A stretch of 63,954 bases of DNA, counting the filler, from Acidimicrobiia bacterium (lineage in GTDB: Bacteria; Actinomycetota; Acidimicrobiia; Spongiisociales; JAENVV01), in NCBI GenBank assembly GCA_041577335.1. It is 3 parts of 3 records of this genome, joined end to end, with 100 filler letters (N's around TTAATTAATTAA, not from the genome) between each part and the next. Parts side by side here need not be neighbours in the genome. Positions count along the whole stretch, not along the records: positions 1 to 28,581 come from JBFGJH010000043.1; 2 more parts are not named here. One strand, written 5' to 3'. Positions 1-9,103 of the stretch are shown one piece after another. How positions within the stretch are numbered: the first letter of the stretch is position 1; each line of letters starts with the position of its first letter. Made by a program: the position numbers and the translations under genes. The notes beneath the pieces are model-generated. The model made no database searches. It was not told the DNA's origin and was given only the letters and a program-made list of their open reading frames with translations.

Positions 1-1136
1 GCGACGATGGCGGGCCCGGCGACCATGAGCATGGCGAGTCCGACGCTGATCGCGGCTTGATCGGCCAGTACCCCGACCAGGACAGGGGCGGTGATGGCTC
101 CCACCCGAATGCCCGCCGTGAGAGCGCCCAAACCGGCGCCGGTGCGCCCCGGCGCCCGAGCCGCATCGTCGTACAGGACAGGCAGCAGGACGGCAGCGCC
201 GAGCCCTGCGATGAAAAAGCCGGCCAGCGTCAGCGGCAAGGAGGAGAAGAGGGTGCCGAGAGTGAGGCCTGCGGCCGAGACGATGAGTGCAGCGGTCGTC
301 ATCCGGCTCCGGCCCAGGCGGGCCTGCACGAAGTCGCCCCCAAATCTGCCCACCATCATGCCCGTGGTGACCGCTACGAAGCCCAGCCCGGCGACGCCGA
401 GCCCGGTGCCGAGGTCGTCCGAAAGCCGAAAGGGCGCCCACTCGGTTGGCACCATTTCAATCACGAGCGCGGCCACGCCCAGGACGAACAGCATGGCGGG
501 CAACCGGCGACGGCCGATTGGTTTCGTTGGCGGCGATCCCTCTCGAGGGCGGGCCGGATCCGAGTTTGTCTGATCGGCGAGGAGCCCTGGCGCGGCGTAC
601 AGGATGGTGAGCATCAGCACGATGGACACGGCGGCCAGATGCAACTCGATCGAAAGGCCGGCACCAGCAAGAGCCGCCGCAACTACTCCGCCGGTAACGG
701 CTCCAAGGCTCCATAATCCATGGAGCCGATTCATGATGGGTACCTGCCGCCGAGCGCTGATCCGCGAGCCCTGTAGGTTCATTGAAGCGTCGGTCCATAC
801 GTCAAAGAACTGGATCATCGCAAGGGCCACAAAAAGGGCGGCCGCCGAGGTGGACAAGCCAACCAGTGGCAAGGCGATGATGACGCCCGCAACTCCGAGG
901 ATCATCGCTCGCTTGGATCCGAGTCGACTGATGACCGTACCGGTGAGCCAACTCCCGAGGAGACCCCCGACGGCGGCCAGGGTCAGGATCAATCCAATGG
1001 TGGCAAGATCAACCCCGAGTTTCGTCCGCAGCTCCGGTAGGCGCGGCAGAAAGGAGGCATAGACGGCGCCGTTGATGAAGAACATGGCGGCTACCGACCT
1101 GAGCGCGCGAGCGTACGATGGCGAGACGTCTCTCAT
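1..1136 (-). CDS. MFS transporter (3' end runs off the window)
   Basis: Not in the ORF track because there is no stop in the window. Manual translation from ATG 1136 gives MRDVSPSYARALRSVAAMFFINGAVYASFLPRLPELRTKLGVDLATIGLILTLAAVGG, with MFS-type hydrophobic helices; the same frame still reads as hydrophobic at the window start. Confidence 0.85.
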   Translation of the reverse strand, partial: MRDVSPSYARALRSVAAMFFINGAVYASFLPRLPELRTKLGVDLATIGLILTLAAVGGLLGSWLTGTVISRLGSKRAMILGVAGVIIALPLVGLSTSAAALFVALAMIQFFDVWTDASMNLQGSRISARRQVPIMNRLHGLWSLGAVTGGVVAAALAGAGLSIELHLAAVSIVLMLTILYAAPGLLADQTNSDPARPREGSPPTKPIGRRRLPAMLFVLGVAALVIEMVPTEWAPFRLSDDLGTGLGVAGLGFVAVTTGMMVGRFGGDFVQARLGRSRMTTAALIVSAAGLTLGTLFSSLPLTLAGFFIAGLGAAVLLPVLYDDAARAPGRTGAGLGALTAGIRVGAITAPVLVGVLADQAAISVGLAMLMVAGPAIV

Positions 1137-1182
1137 CGACTCTCGGCTACCTCTACTTTCTGTGCCGGCGTTGAACGGCTGA

Positions 1183-1572
1183 CTAGCGCCGGCCGTATTC
1201 CTCGTCGGTTACCTTGCGAGGCAGCCATTCGGTGGCACCCCCGGTGGTGAGCGAGAGGTGGGTCATCGGGCTGTTCGGGCGAGCTCCGTGCCAATGCACC
1301 TCGCCGGCAGGTGAGTACACGACGTCGCCTGCAGCAACCTCGACCGTCTCTCCATCTTCGGTCTGGACGAGACCTGCACCGTTGGTGATATACAGCACCT
1401 GGCCGACCGGGTGGGTGTGCCAATCGGTCCGGGCGCCCGGGTCAAAGTGAACGGCGAGCGCGTTGAGCGCTTCAGGTGATCGGTCGCTGAGAGGACCGAA
1501 CCGGACGGTGCCGGTGAAGTTCTCGGCGGGGGCCTGCGCCCATTGAATGTCTGAGGCTGATGTGTGTTCCAT
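1183..1572 (-). CDS. Cupin domain protein
   Basis: PGARTDWHTHPVGQVLY and GEVHWHGA cupin motifs. Start taken as ATG 1572, preceded by TATTGT-6nt (leaderless), rather than the 1821 ORF start. Confidence 0.9.
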   Translation of the reverse strand: MEHTSASDIQWAQAPAENFTGTVRFGPLSDRSPEALNALAVHFDPGARTDWHTHPVGQVLYITNGAGLVQTEDGETVEVAAGDVVYSPAGEVHWHGARPNSPMTHLSLTTGGATEWLPRKVTDEEYGRR

Positions 1573-1593
1573 GCCGCGACAATACCGCGGCCG

Positions 1594-1644
1594 TCGACCC
1601 GAGCAGGCTCGGCTGCGGTTTCGACCCGAGCAGGCTCGGGTCGA
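1594..1644. repeat. Tandem 19-nt direct repeat; the second copy forms a perfect hairpin
   Basis: tcgacccgagcaggctcgg at 1594-1612 and 1621-1639. 1621-1644 is tcgacccgagc-ag-gctcgggtcga (11-bp stem). Confidence 0.85.
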
Positions 1645-1987
1645 GTTTCTGGAGGTGCCGTCCTCCGGCGGCGTCTTCTTGTCGGTGCGGCGTACACGCC
1701 GCCGCGCCTCCGCTTGAGGGGACGGCGGAGCCTTTCCCCTCAAACTCCCCCTTTCCTGCGCCAGCGAGCGTGCAGCCGCGCGGCAGGTCGATTGGCAATG
1801 GTCCCCCCAGGTGACCATCACGGACTAGACCCGACCTCGCCCAACCGATCCGGGCTCCGAGTCGGTTCGGCGCGTTGATGACGGCGCCGGCCGGGTCGCA
1901 CGCGAATAACGCAGCGTGTCAACCGCCCGCCTCCTTCGATCGTCTGTATCGGTGAAGGATCTTCGCCCGCTTGAGAGGAGCCCGAGA

Positions 1988-2698
1988 ATGAAGACGCAAG
2001 CATCGCCGGAACAGGTGACGACCGGAGTTGGGTCGATCGCCGACCGTGATGATGGAACCGTTGCGGCAAGGCGCCTGGCGAACGGCGGTCGAGGGGGAGA
2101 GGGCGGGCCGATTGGCTTTGTTCGCAGCCACCCCATCCTATCCGGCGCGATAATCGGTCTTCTGTGGGGCGTTTCGATGCGATTCTGGATGCGGTTCATC
2201 TCGACCGATCCGGAATTCAGCTGGGCGGGGACGCTGTTCATCCTGGGAGCGTCTGTGCTTGCCGGCTCGGTGTTGGGATTGGCTTGGCACCGCCGACGCC
2301 ACGGCGGCGCCGGCTGGTGGCGGCTGGCGATCCTCTCGCTGCTCCTGTTGGGGGCTGGCGGTGCCGTCATGTGGCCGTCGATCATCCTGGTGGGATTCGC
2401 GATCGGGCGCCGACGCCCCCTCTGGCTCACGCTGCCCGCCGCAGCAGCCGGCCTGGCATTCCAGATCCCAGTACTCAACGACGCACTCGTGAACAACTGG
2501 AGATTCGGCAACGCCGAAGTGGTTGTGGCAGCTCTTTGGTACGCCCCGATGCTGGCGATCGATGCGTGGGCCTTCTCGGTGGTTTTTGCGCCGAGTCTGG
2601 CCGACCCCAAACCCAGCCGATGGAAGCAGGTGCTCGTGGTGGCGCCAGTGGTCGTGGTATCGGCACTGGCGGTGCTGCTGGTTGGTGGAATGGGCTGA
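1988..2698 (+). CDS. Hypothetical multi-pass membrane protein
   Basis: GAGGAG RBS at 1975-1980 before ATG 1988; several hydrophobic helices. Confidence 0.75.
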   Translation: MKTQASPEQVTTGVGSIADRDDGTVAARRLANGGRGGEGGPIGFVRSHPILSGAIIGLLWGVSMRFWMRFISTDPEFSWAGTLFILGASVLAGSVLGLAWHRRRHGGAGWWRLAILSLLLLGAGGAVMWPSIILVGFAIGRRRPLWLTLPAAAAGLAFQIPVLNDALVNNWRFGNAEVVVAALWYAPMLAIDAWAFSVVFAPSLADPKPSRWKQVLVVAPVVVVSALAVLLVGGMG

Positions 2699-2812
2699 CG
2701 CGGACCGGGCTCCGCCGGGTCCGGTTGCAGAACGCCTTGGTTGCCTACGGCGGCGGCGAACCAAGAACGGCGCCGCCGTGCGTGGTTGGAATGCCGAGGA
2801 CGGCCCGGCCCG

Positions 2813-3274
2813 TCAGGCAGGGTCGAGGTCGTACCAATACACTCCGAGCGAGAAACCGGGAGCAACTTCCTGGCTTCGCTCGAGGGTGGCGCCCATGGCT
2901 GCGTAGAAACCGGTAGCGCCTGGATCGGACATGATCAACATTCGGGTGTGCTTCTGCGCTGCCTGACCGACTGCATGGGCCCACAGAATCCGGCCATAGC
3001 CCTGCCCGATCAGGTCGGCGTGGATGAACATTCGCACCAATTCGATGTGGTCACCGCGATCGCGCAACTCATAGAACGCGATGACATCGTCGTCCTGCTC
3101 GAGAACGTAGACGAGATGATGCTCGGGGCCATCCTCTGCTCTCAAGTGTTCAGCCAATCCGGCGTACACGTCGGGATGGGCTTCGTGGTGCCCCCAGTGC
3201 CTGACTCCTGCGAGCGTCATCTGATCGAGCAGGCCTCGATCGTCCGCAGTCGCTCGTCGAAACACAAAGGACAT
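2813..3274 (-). CDS. GNAT family N-acetyltransferase
   Basis: MFIHADLIGQGYGRIL (motif A) and SDPGATGFYAAMG (motif B). Start ATG 3274 lies 10 nt after the upstream gene. Confidence 0.88.
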   Translation of the reverse strand: MSFVFRRATADDRGLLDQMTLAGVRHWGHHEAHPDVYAGLAEHLRAEDGPEHHLVYVLEQDDDVIAFYELRDRGDHIELVRMFIHADLIGQGYGRILWAHAVGQAAQKHTRMLIMSDPGATGFYAAMGATLERSQEVAPGFSLGVYWYDLDPA

Positions 3275-3284
3275 TGTTGTGTCG

Positions 3285-4286
3285 CTAGCGCAACGCCGGG
3301 ATGATCTTGTCGCCGTAGGTCTCGATCGTGTTCTCCTGGTCGTCGTGCATGAGGTAGACACCGAACTGGTCGACGCCCATGTCTTTGAGGAGGGACAGTT
3401 TCTCAATGTGCTGCTCGACCGTGCCGAGCACACAGAAGCGGTCGACGATCTCGTCCGGGACGAAGTCGGTCGAAGGGTTGCCTGATCGACCGTGATGGTC
3501 GTAGTCGTAGCCTTCGCGAGCCCGGATGTAGTCGGACAGCGCCTTGGGAACCATTGACTCGTCTTCCCCGTAGCGCTTCACCATGTCGGCGACGTGGTTG
3601 CCAACCATGCCGCCAAACCAACGCACCTGTTCACGCTGGTGTTCGATGTTCTCACCGACATAGGCGGGAGCTACCACGCAGATCGATATCTCGTCCCTGG
3701 ACCTGCCAGCTTCCTCGGCGGCGGCGTAGACGGCCGCCATGGTCCACTCGAGCACTTGAGGGTCGGCCAGTTGGAGAATGAATCCGTCGGCATACGTGCC
3801 GACGGTTGCCAATGCTTTGGGTCCGTAGCCTGCGGCCCACATGGGCAGATTCCATCCTTCCTCGACCCAGGGGAATCTCAACTGCTGTTCGTTGTATTCG
3901 ATCTCGCGCCCGGCGACCAGGTCTTTCACGACGCGCATGCATTCGACCATGGTGGCGAGTGTGGTGGGCTTGCGGCCGATATACCGAAGAGCCGAATCGC
4001 CCCGGCCCATGCCGCAGATCGTGCGGTCGCCGTACTCATCGTTGAGAGTGGCGAACAGAGAGGCGAGAACAGTCCAATCGCGGGTACCTGGGTTCGTGAC
4101 CATCGGGCCGACGATCATCGATTCGGTCGCAGCCAGCATGCGGTCGTAGATCACGAACGGTTCTTGCCACAGGACATGCGAATCGAAGGTCCATCCGTAC
4201 CCAAAGCCGTTGGCTTCTGCCAGCTTGGAGAGCTCGACGACGCGGGACGCCGGCGGGTCCGTTTGCAGTACTACGCCAAAATCCAC
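3285..4286 (-). CDS. LLM-class, F420-dependent-type oxidoreductase (TIGR03842-like, pyrimidine-cluster associated)
   Basis: MDFGVVLQTDPP...GFGYGWTFDSHVLWQEP...GPMVTNPGTR...CGMGRGDSA is a Mer/luciferase-like fold; context is hydA and a nitrilase. Confidence 0.88.
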   Translation of the reverse strand: MDFGVVLQTDPPASRVVELSKLAEANGFGYGWTFDSHVLWQEPFVIYDRMLAATESMIVGPMVTNPGTRDWTVLASLFATLNDEYGDRTICGMGRGDSALRYIGRKPTTLATMVECMRVVKDLVAGREIEYNEQQLRFPWVEEGWNLPMWAAGYGPKALATVGTYADGFILQLADPQVLEWTMAAVYAAAEEAGRSRDEISICVVAPAYVGENIEHQREQVRWFGGMVGNHVADMVKRYGEDESMVPKALSDYIRAREGYDYDHHGRSGNPSTDFVPDEIVDRFCVLGTVEQHIEKLSLLKDMGVDQFGVYLMHDDQENTIETYGDKIIPALR

Positions 4287-4298
4287 GTCGTTGCCTCC

Positions 4299-5792
4299 TT
4301 ACCCATGTTGCGGGAACCCCAGGTCGACACCGCGGTGGATCGGGTCGGGCCAGCGGCTGATGATCACCTTTGGTCTCGTGTAGAAATGCACTCCCTCGGG
4401 GCCGTAGATCGCGTGGTCCCCAAAAAGCGACTCCTTCCAACCGCCGAACGAGTAGAAGGCCAGCGGCACGGGTATTGGCACGTTGATGCCAACCATGCCC
4501 ACCTCGATCTCGTTCTGGAACTTGCGGGCTGCGCCTCCGTCGTTCGTGAACACTGCGGTTCCGTTGCCGTAGGGGTTGTCGTTGATGAGGCGGATGGCCT
4601 CTTCGTAATGCTCGGTGCGGACAACGGACAACACCGGCCCGAAGATCTCGTCGGTATAGATCGACATATCGTCGGTGACGTTGTCGAAAAGGGTTGGCCC
4701 GAAGAAGAAGCCGTTCTCGCTGCCTGCGACGCTGAAGCCGCGCCCGTCGACACGGACTGTCGCACCGGCTGCCTCGCCGGCATCGACGTACGATGCGACC
4801 CGATTCCGATGGTCACTGGTGACGAGGGGGCCCATCTGGGCGCCCTCGGCCATGCCGGGCCCCACCTTCAACTCGGCGATGCGCTCTTCGACCTTGGGCA
4901 GCAGCTTGTCGGCGGCATCGCCGACCGTGACCACAACCGAGATGGCCATGCAGCGTTCACCTGCTGACCCGTAGCCTGCGGAGACTGCTGCGTCGGCGGC
5001 CAAGTCCATGTCGGCATCGGGTAGCACGATCATGTGGTTCTTGGCGCCGCCGAGCGCTTGGACCCGCTTCCCGTTCTTGGTGCCCGTCTCATAGATGTAG
5101 CGGGCGATAGGAGTCGAGCCCACGAAGCTGACCGCTTTCACCTCGGGGTGGTGAAGGAGGGCATCGACTGCCGGCTTGCCGCCGTGCACGACGTTGAAGA
5201 CGCCGTCCGGAAGGCCGGCCTCAGCCAGCATCTCCGCCACCATCAATGATGTCGATGGGTCCTTCTCGGAAGGCTTGAGCACGAATGTGTTTCCGCACGC
5301 GATGGCGATCGGGTACATCCACATCGGAACCATGGTCGGGAAGTTGAATGGTGTGATCCCCGCGACCACGCCAAGCGGCTGGCGAATCGTGAAGGTGTCC
5401 ACGCCGGTGGACACTTGTTCGGAGTAGTCGCCCTTGACGAGATGGGCGATATTGCATGCGAATTCGATGACCTCCAACCCGCGTTGCACCTCTCCCACGG
5501 CGTCGTCGACCGTCTTGCCGTGTTCGGCAGTGAGTTGCTTGGCGAGGTCGTAGCGGTTGTCTGCAACGAGCTGCCGGAAGGCAAACATCACGTTTTGCCG
5601 GCGGGTGAGAGACGAATAGCGCCATTCGGCAAACGCCGCCGAAGCGGCGGTAACCGCAGCATCGACCTCTGCCTGGCCACCGGCTGGGGCGGATCCCGAT
5701 TGCTGGCCCGTTGCCGGGTTGTAGACAGGGGTGAACTCGCCGGACACGCCTTCCCAGGGTTTGCCGTCGACCCAGTGGTTGATCACGTTCAT
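4299..5792 (-). CDS. mmsA: CoA-acylating (methyl)malonate-semialdehyde dehydrogenase
   Basis: GITPFNFP, LKPSEKDP, FVGST, QALGGAKNH, GERCMA, EIFGPV, GINVPIPVP. Start ATG 5792 follows GAGGT. Confidence 0.93.
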   Translation of the reverse strand: MNVINHWVDGKPWEGVSGEFTPVYNPATGQQSGSAPAGGQAEVDAAVTAASAAFAEWRYSSLTRRQNVMFAFRQLVADNRYDLAKQLTAEHGKTVDDAVGEVQRGLEVIEFACNIAHLVKGDYSEQVSTGVDTFTIRQPLGVVAGITPFNFPTMVPMWMYPIAIACGNTFVLKPSEKDPSTSLMVAEMLAEAGLPDGVFNVVHGGKPAVDALLHHPEVKAVSFVGSTPIARYIYETGTKNGKRVQALGGAKNHMIVLPDADMDLAADAAVSAGYGSAGERCMAISVVVTVGDAADKLLPKVEERIAELKVGPGMAEGAQMGPLVTSDHRNRVASYVDAGEAAGATVRVDGRGFSVAGSENGFFFGPTLFDNVTDDMSIYTDEIFGPVLSVVRTEHYEEAIRLINDNPYGNGTAVFTNDGGAARKFQNEIEVGMVGINVPIPVPLAFYSFGGWKESLFGDHAIYGPEGVHFYTRPKVIISRWPDPIHRGVDLGFPQHG

Positions 5793-5882
5793 TACCTCTT
5801 CCTCTGGTTCCTCTGGCGTATTTCTAGCTGACCGCACGACCGTCCGGGCATTGCCGCGGACGAAGCCGACGATGCGCCCGCG

Positions 5883-7304
5883 TCAGATCAAATACTGGTT
5901 GGTGGCGCGCCGCAGGTATCTTCCGTCGCCCTTGGCCCCGTGGTAGGCGCCGTCGCTGATGAGCACCCTGCCACGCGACATCACCGTCTCGATCTTGCCC
6001 TGGATCTCCTTGCCCTCGTACGCCGAGTAGTCCACATCCATGTGGTTGATGTCGACGCCCATGGTCTGCGAGGCGGCCGGGTCGAGGATGACGATGTCGG
6101 CGTCCGACCCGATGGCAATGGTGCCCTTTTGCGGATAGAGACCGAACATCTTGGCCGGCGTCGTAGCGGTCACCTCGACAAAGCGATTGAGGCCGAGCCT
6201 TCCTTCCCCGATGGCGCCGTGATAGATCAGCTCCATCCGCTCCTCGACACCGGGCAAGCCATTGGGAATGGCCGTGAAGTTGCCTTCGCCCAGCCGCTTC
6301 TGGGTGCCGAGGGTGGGATGGTCGTTCATGCAGAATGGGCAGTGGTCGGTGGAAACCACCTGCAGATCGTTGGTCGCCAGGTATCTCCACAGTTCTTCCT
6401 GGTGGCCTTCATCCTCGTTGCGGACGGGTGTCGAGCAAACATATTTGGCGCCTTCGAATCCGGGCTCTCTCAGATTGTTCCAGCCGAGGAATAGATACTG
6501 CGGACACGTCTCGCCGAATACGTTGAGCCCGCGGTCGCGTGCCCTTGCTACCTCGGCCACGGCCTGGTGGGCCGACATGTGCACAACGTAAAGGGGTGCT
6601 CCCGCCAGCTCGGCGTAGGCGATGGCGCGATGGGTTGCTTCTGCCTCCGTGATGGGAGGGCGGGTGACGGAGTGATAGATGGGATCCGTTTCTCCGCGAG
6701 CGAGCGCTTGCTCACGAAGCACGTCGATGACAATGCCGTTCTCGGCATGCATCATGATGGTGCTGCCGTTCTCGGCGGCCTTCTGCATGGCCCGGAAGAT
6801 CTGACCGTCGTCCGAGTACAGGACTCCGGGGTATGCCATGAAGAGCTTGAAGCTGGTCACCCCTTCGCCCATGAGGCTGTCCATCTCTTTGAGCGATTGG
6901 TCGTTGACGTCGGAGACGATCATGTGGAAGCCGTAGTCGATGGCGCAGTTGCCGTCGGCCTTTGCCATCCAGGCCTCGTATCCGGCCATCATGGGCTCGC
7001 CGATCGTCTGAACGGCAAAGTCGATGATGGTCGTAGTGCCGCCCCAGGCAGCCGCACGCGTACCCGACTCGAAGTCGTCCGAGGCATAGGTGCCGCCGAA
7101 CGGCAGCTGCATGTGGGTGTGAATGTCGACACCACCGGGTATGACGAGCTTTCCGGCGGCGTCGATCTCCGTGTCGGGAGAAAGGCCGGGCATTGACCCG
7201 GACGCGAATATGGCCACCACCCTTTCGCCGTCGATCAGGACGTCGGCCTGCATGGTCTCGGTTGCGGTGACGACTGTGCCGCCCCTGATGAGCGTCGTAG
7301 CCAT
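5883..7304 (-). CDS. hydA: Dihydropyrimidinase
   Basis: PGGVDIHTH, GGTTTIIDF, SFKLFMAY, HAEN, ETCPQYL, STDHCPF amidohydrolase motifs; AAGGAGGAG RBS. Confidence 0.95.
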   Translation of the reverse strand: MATTLIRGGTVVTATETMQADVLIDGERVVAIFASGSMPGLSPDTEIDAAGKLVIPGGVDIHTHMQLPFGGTYASDDFESGTRAAAWGGTTTIIDFAVQTIGEPMMAGYEAWMAKADGNCAIDYGFHMIVSDVNDQSLKEMDSLMGEGVTSFKLFMAYPGVLYSDDGQIFRAMQKAAENGSTIMMHAENGIVIDVLREQALARGETDPIYHSVTRPPITEAEATHRAIAYAELAGAPLYVVHMSAHQAVAEVARARDRGLNVFGETCPQYLFLGWNNLREPGFEGAKYVCSTPVRNEDEGHQEELWRYLATNDLQVVSTDHCPFCMNDHPTLGTQKRLGEGNFTAIPNGLPGVEERMELIYHGAIGEGRLGLNRFVEVTATTPAKMFGLYPQKGTIAIGSDADIVILDPAASQTMGVDINHMDVDYSAYEGKEIQGKIETVMSRGRVLISDGAYHGAKGDGRYLRRATNQYLI

Positions 7305-7322
7305 GGTTCGCTCCTCCTTGCG

Positions 7323-8615
7323 CTATTCGGTGGCCCGCCGCACGGCGGTCCCCAGTTTTTCCAATCCTTCGGCGGCCTCGTCCTCGGTGACGGTCAGTGC
7401 CGGCGCGATCCGCAAAACGTTGCCGAGCAACCCGCCCTTCCCGATGAGCAAGCCTTCGGCCTTGGCTTCTTCCATCACTTGTGCCGTGGTGTCGGGGTCG
7501 GCGTCCTTGCTCCCGGGGATCACGAATTCCACGCCCACCATGAGGCCCTTGCCGCGCACCTCTCCGATGTTGGGAACTTCGTCGGCCAGATGGTGGAGCC
7601 CGTCCTTGAGCTGCTGGCCGATCTTGTAGGCATTGGTCTGTAGGTCGTGCTCGAGCACGTATTCGAGGTTGGCCAGTGCGCCGGCCGTAGCGAGAGGGTT
7701 ACCGCCAAAGGTCGAGATGGAGTTGGCCGCCAGGCAATCGATGATCTCTGCCCGGCCCACCACCCCTGCCATAGCCAGCCCGTTGCCGAGGCCCTTGGCA
7801 AATGTGAGCATGTCCGGCACCACGTCGTGCGCCTGGTAGCCCCAGAAGTGCTCGCCCGTGCGCCCCCAGCCAGTTTGCACCTCGTCGGTGATGTACAGAA
7901 TGCCGTGCGCGTCGAGGATGTCTTTCAGGGCTCTGAAATAGCCGTCGGGGGGAGTGGCAAATCCTCCGACACCTTGGATGGGCTCGGCGATGAGGCAGGC
8001 AACATCACCGGCCACCGCGATACGAAGCAGGTCGCGCAGGTCGTCGGCGCAGGCGGCGATGAACTCATCGTCCGGCAGATGGCCGAACGGGCTTCGATAG
8101 CGATAACCCGAGTGCACGTACACGGTGTGGAACGGGGTGAGGGTGGTTGCAGACCACGAGGCGTTGCCGGTGATTGCCACGGTGGAGTGAGACTTCCCGT
8201 GGTAGCTGTTGCGCAGCGCCAGCACCTGATTGGACTTCCGATACTGGGTAGCCATCATCAGGGCAGCGTCGTTGGCCTCGGTACCCGAGTTCGTGAAGAA
8301 CACCTTGGCGTCGGGGATTCCGGACAAGTCGGCGATCTTTTCGGCAAGAGCAATCTGGTTCTCGATGAGGTACAACGTCGAGGTGTGCAACATCCTGTCT
8401 GCTTGCGCCTTGATGGCGTCGACCACTTCGGGCACCTTGTAGCCGGTCATGGTTGTGAGAATGCCGCCGAAAAAGTCGAGGTATTCGTTGCCTTCGGCAT
8501 CGCGAACCCTCCGCCCCTCACCGTCGACGAGTGATATGGGATCCTTGTAATAGAGCGCCATCCACGACGGAAGCACCGCCTTGTGCCGAGCGAGAAGCTG
8601 TTGATGTGTTGCCAT
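7323..8615 (-). CDS. Class III PLP aminotransferase, probably beta-alanine/beta-aminoisobutyrate transaminase
   Basis: FFTNSGTEAN, AEPIQGVGG, DEVQTGWGRTG, PDMLTFAKGLGNG, STFGGNP. Substrate inferred from context. Confidence 0.9.
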   Translation of the reverse strand: MATHQQLLARHKAVLPSWMALYYKDPISLVDGEGRRVRDAEGNEYLDFFGGILTTMTGYKVPEVVDAIKAQADRMLHTSTLYLIENQIALAEKIADLSGIPDAKVFFTNSGTEANDAALMMATQYRKSNQVLALRNSYHGKSHSTVAITGNASWSATTLTPFHTVYVHSGYRYRSPFGHLPDDEFIAACADDLRDLLRIAVAGDVACLIAEPIQGVGGFATPPDGYFRALKDILDAHGILYITDEVQTGWGRTGEHFWGYQAHDVVPDMLTFAKGLGNGLAMAGVVGRAEIIDCLAANSISTFGGNPLATAGALANLEYVLEHDLQTNAYKIGQQLKDGLHHLADEVPNIGEVRGKGLMVGVEFVIPGSKDADPDTTAQVMEEAKAEGLLIGKGGLLGNVLRIAPALTVTEDEAAEGLEKLGTAVRRATE

Positions 8616-8755
8616 TGGTGCCTTTCCAAACCGGACAATGAAAACTAGTCCTCCACGGTTTTCGGCGACGCCGATTCGGCCGTCCGAAATCGGTTATTCA
8701 CACTCGTTTGGTGGCGCTCACCATGTAGGCAGGGGGTTCGGTTTCGCGGGGGTAG

Positions 8756-9071
8756 GACCCCCCTACCCCCAATGGCTCTTCGAGCGTTTGGCGGTACTTT
8801 CCCCCCAGCAAAGCTGGGGGGACTATTGCGGGGCGACGGCTTTTGGTGTGTGTCGTGTTGTTGGTCCAAGCAAGGCTGGGGGGGACTGTTGCGAGGCGCT
8901 TCAGCAAGATGGTGGCGGTTGCGGAGCCCCAAGCGATGCCTGGGGGTCTTGACCGAAAATCCGAGCGCTTCAGCGAGATGGTGGCGGTTGCGGGTTCTCG
9001 ATAGTCCCCCCGCCGTGAGCGGGGGGAAGGTACCGCCGCCTGCTCGAAGAGCAGGTGGGGGTAGGGGGGTC
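8756..9071. repeat. REP/REPIN-like composite: about 71-nt imperfect inverted repeats enclosing a 29-nt direct repeat
   Basis: 8756-8826 aligns with the reverse complement of 9001-9071. gcgcttcagc(a/g)agatggtggcggttgcgg occurs at 8896-8924 and 8965-8993. Confidence 0.85.
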
Positions 9072-9103
9072 TCGGCGCAGACGAGTCCTTTCGAAGCTGG
9101 TGC

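Noticed and set aside
1594..1644. Palindromic direct repeats as a mini CRISPR array
   Set aside because: Only two copies with an 8-nt gap, no spacer-sized unique sequence and no cas genes.
3594..4967. Long antisense ORFs (also 28864-30168, 53024-54589, 57108-58685, 58672-59718)
   Set aside because: Shadow ORFs opposite well-supported genes, expected in high-GC DNA.
8896..8993. 29-nt repeats separated by 40 nt, CRISPR-like geometry
   Set aside because: Only two units, nested inside a larger inverted-repeat element, with no leader or cas genes.
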